Assembly: GCF_006345805.1 (NCBI RefSeq)
Contig: NC_042998.1
Location: forward strand, 60,698,001-60,762,000
Length of the DNA: 64,000 nucleotides
Source: Octopus sinensis
Taxonomy: Eukaryota
Reading direction: 5' to 3'
Positions 13,289-25,678 of this stretch are shown here, one piece after another. The notes under the pieces are model-generated. The model ran no database searches. It was not told where the DNA came from and saw only the letters and a program-made list of their open reading frames with translations. The translations under genes and the position numbers were made by a program. Position 1 is the stretch's first letter; every line of letters starts with the position of its first letter.

Positions 13289-14001
13289 TGAGATGAACAA
13301 TACTGATTCAGAATGCAGGGTGCTCAACTTATAAACGGAAAGCTAAAATCTGCAGAAACCCTAAAACTGTGTTCTGATATAAACCTGGGAACATCATATT
13401 TCACTTCCAATCTTACATATAATATCTATTAGTAAAACCACAAATATAACTACAATACTTGAAAAAAAAAAAGTAAGTAGAAATATAAAGGGGGAAACCC
13501 CTGCGACCCCCATATTTCTATACAAGATATATAATCCAAAACAAGCATGAAAAACACAGGCCTATTTTAAAACAGTCAAACTGAAAGTAAATCAGTCAAC
13601 CTGTCATGATAAAAACTTATTAGTACAGAATAAAGCAGTGTTAGGACGAATTTCCATACTTTCATATCCTTTCATTCTTTGCCACATATTTAAATTATTG
13701 TGTAGTGAGCTCAGGTGCTGACATGAGTTATCTTCTCCCCCACCAGCACCACTCTGTATCCAAGCCGGGTGGGGTGCAGGCCCCCCCCCCCCCCGGAAAA
13801 GTTTGTAACTTGATAAGCTTCCTTTTGATAAACTTTCATTTGAAGTTTCAAGAAAGTGAAAGAAAAATTCAACAATAGCCGATAGTACTAAAATTTGGCT
13901 ATAAGATACATTAATGAAAGTAGAAAAGGAGGAAAATGAAGAAAAAAGCGTAACTATTGTGGAAATATCAAAGAAAAATGCTAAAAAGATGCTAAATGAA
14001 A
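13289..14001. repeat. ~700-bp direct duplicate of 10791-11468 (hAT subterminal region)
   Basis: Collinear match from tgag.tgaacaatactgattc to aaagatgctaaatgaaa with scattered differences. Confidence 0.9.
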
Positions 14002-14079
14002 AAGCAAAAGAAAATCACTACATCAGATCTAAAAGGCTCTTAACAAACTGAAAAATGCAGTAGAATATTTGATGTGTTT

Positions 14080-14604
14080 TTTTCTCAAACGAGAAAAACT
14101 TTGACCAAAATCAAAAAGTTAACATAAGAAATGACAGATGGATATGTGCAAGCCCTTCTGATGTTTCAAGTGTTATGCATACAAAATTTCCTGCAACTGT
14201 CACAGTTTTAGGGATTGTCAGCAATGAAGGACATGTGATGCCTCCTTACTTCTTTCCATAAGACCTTAGAGTTAACTCTGCCACCTACATTGAGGTCCTG
14301 GAAATGTTTCTTAAGCCCTGGATAGACAGTGTATGCTATGGAAGGCCATATCACACATGGCTCTAGTAACACAGGAGTGGATGGCTGCAAATTTTCATGA
14401 TCACATAACCCCTAACATTTGACCTCCTAATTCTCCAGATCTCAATCCATTGGACTATTGAGAGATAACACCAAAGATTCTCTGAAAGCTGCCATAGTCA
14501 GAGCAATGTCCAAAATGCACCAGGACCACTTGATTCAAGCATGTAGATGATCTAGGTCTCATATAGAAGCAGTTGTTGAAGCTGAAGGTGGCTTTATTGA
14601 ATAA
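14080..14604 (+). mobile_element. Tc1/mariner transposase pseudogene fragment
   Basis: Translates with stops to NEKNFDQ..NDRW..HTKFPATV.VLGIVSNEGHVMPP..PPNSPDLNPLDY..VVEAEGGFIE. Confidence 0.85.
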
Positions 14605-15187
14605 CATTATAGAAAAGGTTTATTTTTATCCTCATAGCATTTTTTGATAAATAAAGTTATTATCTGTTTTTTTTTATGTATAAACATATATATATATATT
14701 GTCATGGGTGCATAAAAATTTGGTGGGCAGGAAGACAGTCCCCCTCCCCCCGAACACACAGACACATGGTCAATGTGGCCCTGTGTTTAAGCATACCTAA
14801 ACATAATAGTAAATCCAGTACTGTATGGGTGCATGGCCTAGTTGTTAGGGTGTTGCACTCATGATTGTGAGATCATTGTTTCAGTTCCTGGATCAGGGGA
14901 TGTATTGCATTCTTAAGCAAAACACTCCATCTCATGTTGCTCTGCAATCATTTTGACACCAAGCGTGGAGTACAGTGTGCATCAGTTCAAGCAACAGTTT
15001 GATGGAGGGTGTGAGCTAATGCACACCACAAACAAATCATTTGTGCAGATTGTTCAGCAAGTAATTGCAGAATTGTCTTTCTCATACAACGATAGACTAC
15101 CATTATATATATATATATATATAATTTTATTTGTTAGGGAATAAAAATTCCGGCATAACAGGAGTTCAAATTATTCTCAATGAGGAA

Positions 15188-15340
15188 ATATATATTTTCA
15201 TTTAGAGATAGTAGGCCCCTTTCTCCCACCATATAAAAGAATTTTAATTTAAATACTTACTACTTTAAAGTAGTAAGTATTTAAAATCCTTTTATATGGC
15301 GGGAGAAAGGGGCCTACTATCTTTAAATGAAAATATATAT
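15188..15340. repeat. ~150-bp palindrome centred on TTTAAA (15264-15269)
   Basis: gatagtaggcccctttctccc..tacttactac / gtagtaagta..gggagaaaggggcctactatc; right end runs into (TA)n. Confidence 0.85.
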
Positions 15341-15380
15341 ATATATATTATATATATATATATATTATATATATATATTA

Positions 15381-16106
15381 TATACGAGAAGAAAATGGAT
15401 GTAAATAACAAGGAGAAACTCGTCATTTTCACTGCTATGTCTTTAATTTAATTAATTAACAAAGCAGAAGGTAGCACTTACGATCGTTTCAATTTACTAG
15501 TTTTCGTAAATATCTTCAGAATGCAAAAAATAGATTGATACATCAGTCAGAATGTGAAAATAATTGATACATGAGTGATGGTAATAGAGGCAAAATTTGT
15601 TAGTCTTACATTATATTTTGTTCTTAAGTTGGTTATTTCGCTGGGTGTGGTTTCATTGTAGTAGATTGGTTAGTTTATGGTTCCGTTGGGCAATTAGAGC
15701 GGGGTGTATATCAATTTGTTGTGGAATCCTGAGTTTTACTAAGCACATATTTTTTGCACATGTATTTAAATTGGTTCAAATCAGTGGGATTCCACACCAA
15801 AATAATATACACCCCGCTCTAATTGCCCAACGGAACCATAAACTAACCAATCTACTACTATGAAATCACTTTCCAGCGAAATAACCAACTTCAGAACAAA
15901 ATATAATGTAAGACTAACAAATTTTGCCTCTATTACCATTACCAATGTATCAATCTATTTTCGCATTCTGAAGATATTTACTAAAACTAATAAATTGAAA
16001 TGATTGTAAATGCGACCTTCTTCTTTGTTGATTAATTAAATTAAAGACATACCAGCGAAAATGACAAGTTTCTCCTTGTTACTTACATCCATTTTCTTCA
16101 CGTATA
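15381..16106. mobile_element. ~725-bp TA-flanked palindromic MITE (arms ~15381-15732 and ~15781-16106)
   Basis: TATACGAGAAGAAAATGG ... CCATTTTCTTCACGTATA; arms collinear in reverse complement, with a ~35-nt insertion in the left arm. Confidence 0.8.
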
Positions 16107-17243
16107 TAACCTAAACTACAGTCTACCTACTGAACTACCTGCTACTGTACAACTTTACACAAGACTGTAACTAATGTCTTTTCAACTACCATAAAAATCT
16201 CAGAGACAATAACTTTTTTTATGTAGATAAAAAGAAAAGTGATGAATCCACCTGACTTCAGTTAATCACAGATGCATTTCGAACCTAAACTAAATTATAT
16301 TTACCTATTGTTCTCCTCAGTGTGATACTCCGAATTATAGATTTTTGAGTGTTAGGATTAAATATGTACACGATCAAGCTTCATTGCATAACTAATATTC
16401 AACTGCACTCCCAAAAATATACAGCCAAATGTGATACATATTTATCCTTTATACTCACGTGTGTGTTACAACCTATCCCATGCACACATATATATACATA
16501 CATATGTTATGTTATGCTTGTTCCTTCTCAAGCCATGCCTGGTTCATAGGGTCGGTTTCCCAGTTTCCTTGGTGTATAGGTTCCCCACCTGGAGAGGACG
16601 CCAGTCCGTCGCAGATGCAGGAGGAAAGAGAGAGAGAGAAAGTTGTGGCGAAAGAGTCAGCAGAAGTTTGCCATTACCTTCTGCTGGAGTCGCGTGGAGC
16701 TTAGGTGTTTCGCTCATAAACACACATATCACCCGGTCTGAGAATTGAACCCGCGATCTTTCAACCACGAGTACGCTGCACTAACCACTAGGCCATATGC
16801 CTCCACATACATACATATATATACATATATATGTATGCATAGAATAGAGGTATGTATATGTGTGTGTTAAATAAAATATCACCCATTGGTCCAGTCTGCT
16901 ACAAATACTATAACCAGATCTCTGGTCTAATCCCAAACCAGGAACCATGCTTTCCTCCTTCCCATTTCCCCCACACCTCTTGACTCCTCCTCTTCTTTTT
17001 ACTAGTCTTTAAAAAATACCTTACAAAACATTATTCCCCTTGTAGAAGCTGTAATAGGGAGAGTGAGAGCAGTTGAAGCAGCAGAAGCAACAGATGCAGC
17101 AGAGATAGTAGCAGAAGCATTGGGAAATGCAGTAACAAAAGTAACAAAAGCAGTAGGAACAGCAGCAGCAGAAATGGCAGTAACAGCATCAGCATCAGCA
17201 GCAGTATATTTTTAAAGTAAAGAAATTATTGCGTTCGCTCTAC

Positions 17244-17328
17244 CTTGAGCAATATCATCATAAGTGTTCTGATTTACCATTCTCTCTATTATCATAGCTG
17301 CTTTACTTACAGAGGAAATGTCATCAGT
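17244..17328 (-). CDS. DNAI1: DNAI1-like exon 11: [28 protein letters not shown], phase 0-1
   Basis: ttctcacag| acceptor, G|GTAGAG donor; conserved [14 protein letters not shown] motif. Confidence 0.95.
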
Positions 17329-17408
17329 CTGTGAGAAAATAAATGGTAAAAGTAGATAAAGATGATGGAAGAATGTAAAAGAGTTGAAGACTAAGAATTG
17401 TATAAATG

Positions 17409-17804
17409 AACTGGCAGTATCGCCTGGCGTTGCTCGGGTTTGTTTCAACCCTTTAGAATTGGAATTTTTGAAAAGTAAAAATTTTGCATTATGTAGCTTG
17501 TTATTCTCTTTAAGTGAACATTTATCTGGTTGAAATACACCGAAAAATGGTGACACGTCAGTCAAAAAATCGTAAAAAATAAGGATTTTCATAGAAAAAA
17601 AGCACCTTTGTGATGTAAATAATTTTTGGTGTTAACATGGTCCGATTTGAATTTTTTTCTTCTACGGAAGGAAGAGCAAGCCTTCTTCTATCATACTCTC
17701 AATTTTGGTCAACTTGTGCTGCAGGGTCTCGGAGGAAATAGTGTTAGTTGAAGGCTACCAAACCTGCCATACACAGACAACTTCAGCTTTATATATAGAG
17801 AGAT
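17409..17804 (+). mobile_element. Helitron-like non-autonomous element
   Basis: 5' AACTGGCAG..CGCCTGGCGTTGCTCGGG and 3' TTTATATATAGAGAGAT resemble the termini of non-autonomous Helitron-type elements; no TSD or TIR seen. Confidence 0.5.
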
Positions 17805-18034
17805 TAGGAATTATAATTTGTACATTCTTTATATTCAGATCAACAATCCTGGCTTATTGTGCAGATGTGGCTGTGTGGTTAAGAAGCATTCTTCCCAACT
17901 GTATGGTTTGGAGTTCAGTCCTGCTGTTTGGTACCTTGGGTAAAAGTTTTCTTCTATAACCCTGTGAGTAGATTTGGTGGATGGAGTCTGAAAGAAGCCC
18001 ATCATATGTATGTATGTATGTATGTATGTGTGTA

Positions 18035-18072
<38 letters not shown>

Positions 18073-20503
18073 TGTGTGTATGTTTGTGTCTCCTTGTCTT
18101 GACATTGTGTAATCACTATATATGAATGTCCTTTCTTTTCCAGTATTCTGTGAAAACAAGCCTGGTTAGAGGGAAAAATTACCTTGCTTGGAAGCAAATA
18201 AGAGTTGGCAACAAGAAGGGCATCCAGCTGTTGAAAATCTGCCTCATTAAACCCAATCAGACCTATGCAAGCATGGAAAAGTGGACATTAAATGATGATA
18301 GCGATGATGATGATGAGGAGGAGGAGGAGGGGAGGGAGGGGAGATGAGGGGAGGACGAGGGGGAGGACGACGACGATGATGACTGGTGATGATGACGATA
18401 ATGACAATGATGATGACAATAATGATGATGATGAATACTTGTTAATTATTTTTCCAAACTGAAAAATTTTGTAAGAATGCCAAGACCAAAACATTTTATG
18501 GATGGACATCATGGGTTCAGGCATGGTTAAGAAGTTTGCTTTGCAGATACATGGTTTTGAGTTCAATCCCACAATGTATCACCTTGAATAAGTTTCTTTT
18601 ATTATAATCTTGGATTGACCAAATTCTTCTGAGTGAAATTTGGTAGACAAAATGTGGAAGCTTATCAGAAAAATCACACCTATTTTAGAAGAGCAAACTT
18701 AATCTGTCACCTAGTTTAACATCACCACAATAACCATAGTGACGTCCACTCTATTACAAGCATTTGGATCATGTCTCTGATCATAGGATGTCACTCCACT
18801 TTCTCCAATTAGTATTGGGGTCATTGAAAAAGGATCATGCTGTGGCCCTTTACTCTCTGTCTAAGCCACAAAACCCCCAACAAATAAACTCAAATGTGAA
18901 GTCAGATCAGTTTCTATTTTTTGACGAGGGTGTCTAAGCTAGGATTTGAACTTATTAGTGAGCATTCATAAAAATGCAGTTTTATCACTCAGACACTTCA
19001 TATCAATGATAGGATTATCAGGTGATCAAATTGACAAAGTGTCAACCCTTGGCTATAGGACAATGTGTTCATATCCTGCGACTAATATCATATTCTGCTC
19101 ATGACAGAGACACTTTATTCACACAAGTTCAGTCCAGTTAGCTATAAATACTGATCTGTGTCACCTATTAGTACAGATGTATTAAATCTTTAGAGCTACG
19201 AGTAAGTCACAAAGTGATCTTTTCACCTTTGCAGTTGCGTTATAGATTAAGTCAACAATGCTAAAATAGGAACTGTCTCTCTGATAGACTTCTACAGTTT
19301 GTCTACTAAAATGCAGTCAGATCAGCAAACTGTTATGCTATCAAAACGGTGGCAAGCTGGCAGAATTGTTAGTTTGGCAGGCAGAATGCTTAGTGGCATT
19401 TCGTCTGTCTTTATTTCCCGAGTCCAAATTCCACTGAGGTTGACTTTACCATTCATCCTGTCAAGGTCAATAAAATAAGTACCAGTTGAGCAATTGACTT
19501 TCTTCCTCCTTGAAATTGCTGGCCTTGTGCCAAAATTTGAAACCAACAATATTCATCAATCACAATGGCATATAACTCCCACATCTGAAGCAGTGCTGTT
19601 GCTACCCACACAAACGTCTTAGACTATACCCAAAATACCATTTAACTAACAGGCAATGATTCACTCCACAACACACCTCAACCACTAGTCTACAAATAAA
19701 CTAAACAGGCAAACTCTACATGATTGACTGACCTGCTATAAATAGCAGCTTAGTCTCCTTCACATCACACCCTTCTATCTTTAAAAAGGACAGATTGGAT
19801 AATGCAGTCTGGAGAAAATATGGAAGAGCTATGCCTAAAATGTCTTTGACCATAAGTTTGTTTATTCTGGACTGAATGACATCAAGCAGCAACCTTAGCA
19901 TACAAATATGCTGTTTCCTCACTCTTCCCAATTACTACTACTATAATAGTCAATGCCTCTCTGAACTGGCTACTTGCATACCATCTTCATCTGGGCCCAC
20001 CTGACATACACATTGTTATTCATTATATCCATTACATCCTCACTATCATCATCATCGTCGTTGTTTAATGTCTGCTTTCCATGCTAGCATAGGTTGGACG
20101 ATTTGACTGAGGGCTGGTGAACCAGATGGCTGCACCAGGCTTCAATCTTGATCTGGCAGAGTTTCTACAGCTGGATGCCCTTCCTAATGCCAACCACTCC
20201 AAGAGTGTAGTGGGTACTTTTACGTGCCACCGGCACAAGGGCCAGTCAGGTGGTACTGGTAACGACCTCGCTCGAATCTTTTACACATGTCACCGGCACA
20301 GATGCCAGAATCATCTAAAATTTCCTTTTCATTCACATTTTCTCTGCAAACATCAACTTGCAACTTACTGATGTTCAAATAGAACATCAACCACATTGAT
20401 CTCATCAGTTTTTGAGATCCAATGAAAGTCATGAGCCTTGCCACTTTCATCAATATTGTAGGATCTGTGAAGGTCATGAGCAGAGTGCCTTTCAAGTGTT
20501 AAA

Positions 20504-20723
20504 CCCCTTTGATACCAACACGTCTGAGACCACCTCTGGCTCTGTAATACAAATGTCTATTCAAAAAGTTCTGAATTAAAATCTTCCACTAAACCTTAGT
20601 CACAATTTATGTTCCTAACACTAGCTTAATGATAACTATGTTATTTTACTAAATTCTTCGTTATATTTAAAATTAATTGAAAGAAACACAAAGTATCACA
20701 ACAGAAATATAGTTACAAAAGGG
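20504..20723 (+). mobile_element. piggyBac-type MITE, second copy
   Basis: Collinear with 24127-24347; ends CAAAAGGG|TTAA, with TTAA just left of the start. Confidence 0.8.
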
Positions 20724-21734
20724 TTAAGATACGAAAAGAAATGTATAGGTTTAATTCTCTTCACTTGTTTTAATTCGACAGTCAAACTGATTTACTGTGA
20801 TATAGTCACTGTTGACTACAAACAAACATATAGGAATAGGACCACAGATGAGAGCTAGATGTGAGGTGAGGGTCAATGATGAGGAGATTGCCTAAAAGAC
20901 CATATCAAGCTTTCATCAAGAATTGCAATTTCTATCAGAATAACTCAAATCTATCTATATATTTATTTATTCATTTATTTATTTTTATATTACAATTTCT
21001 GAACAATATATATTTCCAACAGGCCAATCACTGGTTTTCCTGTAATTTACTATACTAATAATTACTTTTGCATTGATAAAATGCTTTATGGTATGCATTC
21101 TGGCTTTGTCTGGTTTAAATTCAAATCCAGTAGAGATCAACTACTTTTTGTCTCTTTGAGGGCAATAATACAGTGATTGATGGTATTGACTAACACTTTC
21201 CCTTCAAAATTGGTAGCTTTCTGCCAAAATTATGATTATTTTTGCTGTTGTTGTTGTTGCTGTATGCACTGTTACATTCATGAAGACAGGGCTGTCATAT
21301 TCACTTGTGTAACCAGTAACATCTGTTAGTTCCTTTACAGGCCTCCTTCAATAGTAGTGAGACTTTGTGAAATAAAATGGAGATTTTGTCGTTCATCCTC
21401 ATCATCATCATCATCCTCATTGTTTAACGTCCGTTTTCCATGCTAGCATGGGTTGGACGATTCAACCGCGGTCTGGGAAGCCAGGAGACTGTGCCAGGCT
21501 CCAGTCTGATCTGGCAGTGTTTCTACAGCTGGATGCCCTTCCTAACAGCAACCATTCCGTGAATGTAGTGGATGCTTTTTATGTGCCACCAGCACAGGGG
21601 CCAGAGGGGGCTGGCAAACGGCCACGATCAGTTGATGCTTTTTACATGTCACCGACATGGACGCCAGCCAGGCACTGCTGGCATCAGTCACATTCAGAAG
21701 GTGCTTTTTACATGCCATGGGCACGAGTATCATA

Positions 21735-22380
21735 ACTACAATTTCCATTTGATTTTTATTTTGATGTTGACGTACTTGACTCAATAGGTCTCCTCAAGCA
21801 TAGCGGGTCACTCTACAATCCAAGGTTAGTACAGCAGGCTGTCCTGCGAGCCATGAACTCACTTCATTTGTCGGGGTCTTTACAGTCACAGCATATCTCC
21901 GAGGTCTCGGTCTTTTGTCATTTCCTCTGTGAGGCCCAACGTGCCACTGGCATAGGTATCACAACTACAATATCCATTTGATTTTTATTTTGATGTTGAT
22001 GTACTTAACTCAATAGGTCTCCTCATGTACTGCAGGTCACCCTATGATCCAAGGTTAGCACAGCAGGCCGTCCTGCGAGCCATGAACTCACTTCATTTGT
22101 CGGGGTCTTTACAGTCACAGCATATCTCCGAGGTCTCGGTCTTTTGTCATTTCCTCTGTGAGGCCCAACGTGCCACTGGCATAGGTATCACAACTACAAT
22201 ATCCATTTGATTTTTATTTTGATGTTGATGTACTTAACTCAATAGGTCTCCTCATGTACTGCAGGTCACCCTATGATCCAAGGTTAGCACAGCAGGCCGT
22301 CCTGCGAGCCATGAACTCACTTCATTTGTTGGGTCTTCGCAGTTACAGCATATTTCCAGATGTCTCAGTCTTTCATCATA
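21735..22380. repeat. 229-bp tandem repeat, about 2.8 copies
   Basis: ccatgaactcac recurs at 21851, 22080 and 22309; long stretches between copies are identical. Confidence 0.9.
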
Positions 22381-22513
22381 GCCTCTGTGAGGCCAAAGCC
22401 TCTGTGAAGCCAAGAGCCTCTGTGAGGCTCAATTCCATACCATAACAAAGATATTGCAAAATGCCAAGCATCTTAACCAAAATAATCTAGAATATATCAG
22501 AAAATATACTCAC

Positions 22514-22600
22514 TGTTGATTCAATATTAGTTAGTTTTTTCTTGACTTGTTCTTCTTTCTTTCCAGAATAACCTTTCTTCTCTTTTTCCTTTTTCTCTTG
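22514..22600 (-). CDS. DNAI1: DNAI1-like exon 10: QEKKEKEKKGYSGKKEEQVKKKLTNIEST, phase 0-0
   Basis: ttttacag| acceptor, |GTGAGT donor; K/E-rich segment expected after EKQ in DNAI1 (seen inside ORF 22487..22753). Confidence 0.88.
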
Positions 22601-23563
22601 CTGTAAAACATCAAAATAAATAAATCCACAAATGACAATCATTTCATGTTGTTCTACTTTCAAACTTTTCTTACTCTTTCCCACATTAACATGGATAGGA
22701 TTTAATGCATTATTGAAACAGGTTATTAATAGAATAATATTTAAATGGAACATAAGATAACTGGATCTTTTTTTTCACAAATATGAGGAAGGAGGAAAGA
22801 ACTAGAGAAACACTAAAACAAGAGAAATGTTAAAATGCCTGAAGTCAGATAAGTCAACATTGAATCAATATACCAAATAGGCAGCACCAAATGGCTGTGC
22901 CAAAACATCTCATACTTTTTGTTCTTATATTTTTGGAATTGAACATGCATTTCTTGTGGATTGGCACCTTTATCTTCATTCAGAAGAAAGCTGTTCCCCT
23001 AAATGAAAAATAATTAGACTTTGGTTCATCATCTTTTATCTTTTACCTTACATATTCTATTGACCTCTTTTGTTGAACTGCTAAGTTATGAGGACATAAA
23101 CACACCAACACTGATTGTTAAGTGATGATGGGGGGACAAACACACACATAGATATATTTACACACACATACATACATATATATATATATACACACACACG
23201 ACAGGCTTCTTTCAGTTTCTGTCTACCAAATCCACTGACAAGGCTTTGGTCGGCCCAAAGCTATAATAGAAGACACTTGATCAAGGTGCCATGCAGTAGG
23301 CCTGAACCCGGAACCATGTGGTTGGGAAGCAAGCTACTTACCACACAGCCACTCCTGCACAAAGTATACATTTTTTTTTTATTTAATATCCTAGATCTAT
23401 GGCAAGGAGCAAGGGAGAGGGAAAAGATTAGTGACAGGGTTGAGAAAAAGAGGAAGAAGAAAGTTAAATAGAAGACAGGTTGGGTTATGGGTTATATATG
23501 TGGGAATCTAGGGTTTTCCCTTCTAGGTATTCTCACCAAATAAGTTAGTAAAACAAAGATTAC

Positions 23564-23665
23564 CTGTTTTTCAAAATCTTCAATATAAGCATCAAATATT
23601 TCCCACTGGCTAACATTTGATGAAAATCTGACTTTTGGTGGTGGTTCTGTCATAGTTCCAGCATC
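23564..23665 (-). CDS. DNAI1: DNAI1-like exon 9: DAGTMTEPPPKVRFSSNVSQWEIFDAYIEDFEKQ, phase 0-0
   Basis: ttacgcag| acceptor, |GTAATC donor; conserved TEPPP...F....QWEI.DAY motif. Confidence 0.95.
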
Positions 23666-24126
23666 CTGCGTAAGAATATTGGACTAAATATGATGCCTCA
23701 AAATAAAACCACACATACATATATACAAAGAGAGTCACATATGTTATTGTCATTATTACACTCTGCTTGGTCACTCAACCAGCTAGAAGCTACCAAATTT
23801 TCCTCAAATCACCTTATCATGTTAGGAAAGGCAACAACATATTGGATAATAAAAGCTATTAGAAATGTGGACTGGCCATTAGAATGACTTTGATCATCTA
23901 TCTATGCAATCAGGGTTGACCTGGCTGCACAACACCATCAATGCTTTATTACTTTCCCATTGTGGTATAAGCTGAATGTTATACAACATAATGTCACTCC
24001 CATTGGTCTTTGTTTCATCTGTGAAACTCAGTACTAAGATCTGAGTTCATTACATTTTTCTATATCTTTCTCAGTCTTCATATTCCATAGCTAACCATTA
24101 TCAATATGATGCATCTCTTGTTTTAA

Positions 24127-24347
24127 CCCTTTCGTTACCAACCCAGCTGAAACTAGCTCTGGCTCTGTAGTACAAATGCCTTGTTTTCATAAATTTTGAA
24201 TTAAAATCTTCCACCAAACCTCAGTCACAATTTATGTTCCTAACACTAGCTTAATGATAACGAAGTTATTTTACTAAATTCTTTGTTACATCTAAAATAA
24301 TTGAGAGAATCACAGAGCATCTCAAAATAAATACAGTAACAAAAGGG
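24127..24347 (+). mobile_element. piggyBac-type MITE, 221 bp, TTAA TSD
   Basis: TTAA|CCCTTTCGTTAC ... GTAACAAAAGGG|TTAA. Confidence 0.88.
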
Positions 24348-25573
24348 TTAAATCTTTTTCATACTATCCCTCCCAAGACATACCCTGGTTTTATGACACA
24401 AACTCCCTAAAGTGAACTAAATCAATATCTTCTACCAATATTTCATTGTTCCAAACACCTGTTTAAAAATTACATTGTCATTATTTCAAAATTTTATTCA
24501 AACAAAAGCAGTGTATTTCAGCATACATATGGTAACATAAGAGCTAATCAGCATCCATAGTTTATTCACAACACAAGTCCATACTAGAGTAGTAATTTTT
24601 GCAACACAGTGTGGCTGATGCCTTATATGTCAAGCCAGTTGTTTTATTACTTGTGTTGGCCTTTCATGCAGGTTAACATTATACATCCAACACATCAAGT
24701 TCACTTGATTCCTTTCTAGTCTCTACTTGTTGTCTAAATGCTGTCCTCTTCAACAGCATGAAGACAATAACTACACAAAACTATATTCTTCAGGGGATCA
24801 TTAGTCTAATAATGAAAAGAAAATGTATATATTCAAAACACATCTTCATGACAATAGGTTATAGAATATAAAGAAGGATTTTTTTTTTATGTTTTAGTTA
24901 GGATTGGAGAAGGCAAAGTCCATAACTCTTCATAGAGCCTTCAAGACTGGTGGGAGAGAGAAACCATCCTCAAACTTGAGAACTGGCCCAAATACTTGCA
25001 ATAAACTGGACTCTGCTGAAAGTAACCCATTCAAGTGGTGTTAAATGGGGAACTAGATTAAGTTTACCACCCAAGTAAACCATTGTGGAGTTTGAATTCA
25101 GAACACAAAGAACTTGAACAAATACTGGCTTCAACAATCTACATCACAGATTGGTATTATTTTTTATGGACTCTAAAAAGAAGAAAGGTAAAGTTGACTT
25201 TGGTGAGATTTGAATTCAGAGCACACAGGATCATAACTAATACCACAAGTTATTCCATCTGACACTCTAACAACTCTACTGGTTCATCACTTACAGTATT
25301 GATAATATTAATGAAGATTTCATTATTATTACTATTATTAGTAAGCACAAGGTTACAGATTTGATGAAGAAAACAGTTGATTAAATAATCTCCACTTAAT
25401 GTGATGTCTCTTATGATTTGGTAACAGTTTACCAGCTATCAAAGATAATCTTCCAACAAAACCAGCTTTGTACACAGTTTCAACAAATGTCACTACCTTT
25501 ATAGCAACCAGCTTTGGCCAGTTTGAATACAATAGTTAAAAGCAATCAGGTAACCATTAATTTTATGACTAAC

Positions 25574-25678
25574 CCGCATCGGATTGTTATAGGTTTGAGA
25601 AGCTCTTTCACTGAAATTAAACTGGTTTGTCAATTTTCCTTTTGCTGGTGATGCTACAGGTTCTTCTGGTGTTACCAC
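25574..25678 (-). CDS. DNAI1: DNAI1-like exon 8: [35 protein letters not shown], phase 0-0
   Basis: atttcag| acceptor, |GTTAGT donor; contains the dynein IC motif [19 protein letters not shown]. Confidence 0.95.

Noticed and set aside
17042-17215. Ala-rich open frame (AVEAAEATDAAEIVAEA...) resembling a type I antifreeze peptide
   Set aside because: No ATG or promoter; it is a degenerate (GCA)n triplet repeat inside a DNAI1 intron.
20360-20420. Minus-strand CTGATGA followed by two small hairpins
   Set aside because: Lacks the GAAA half of the core.
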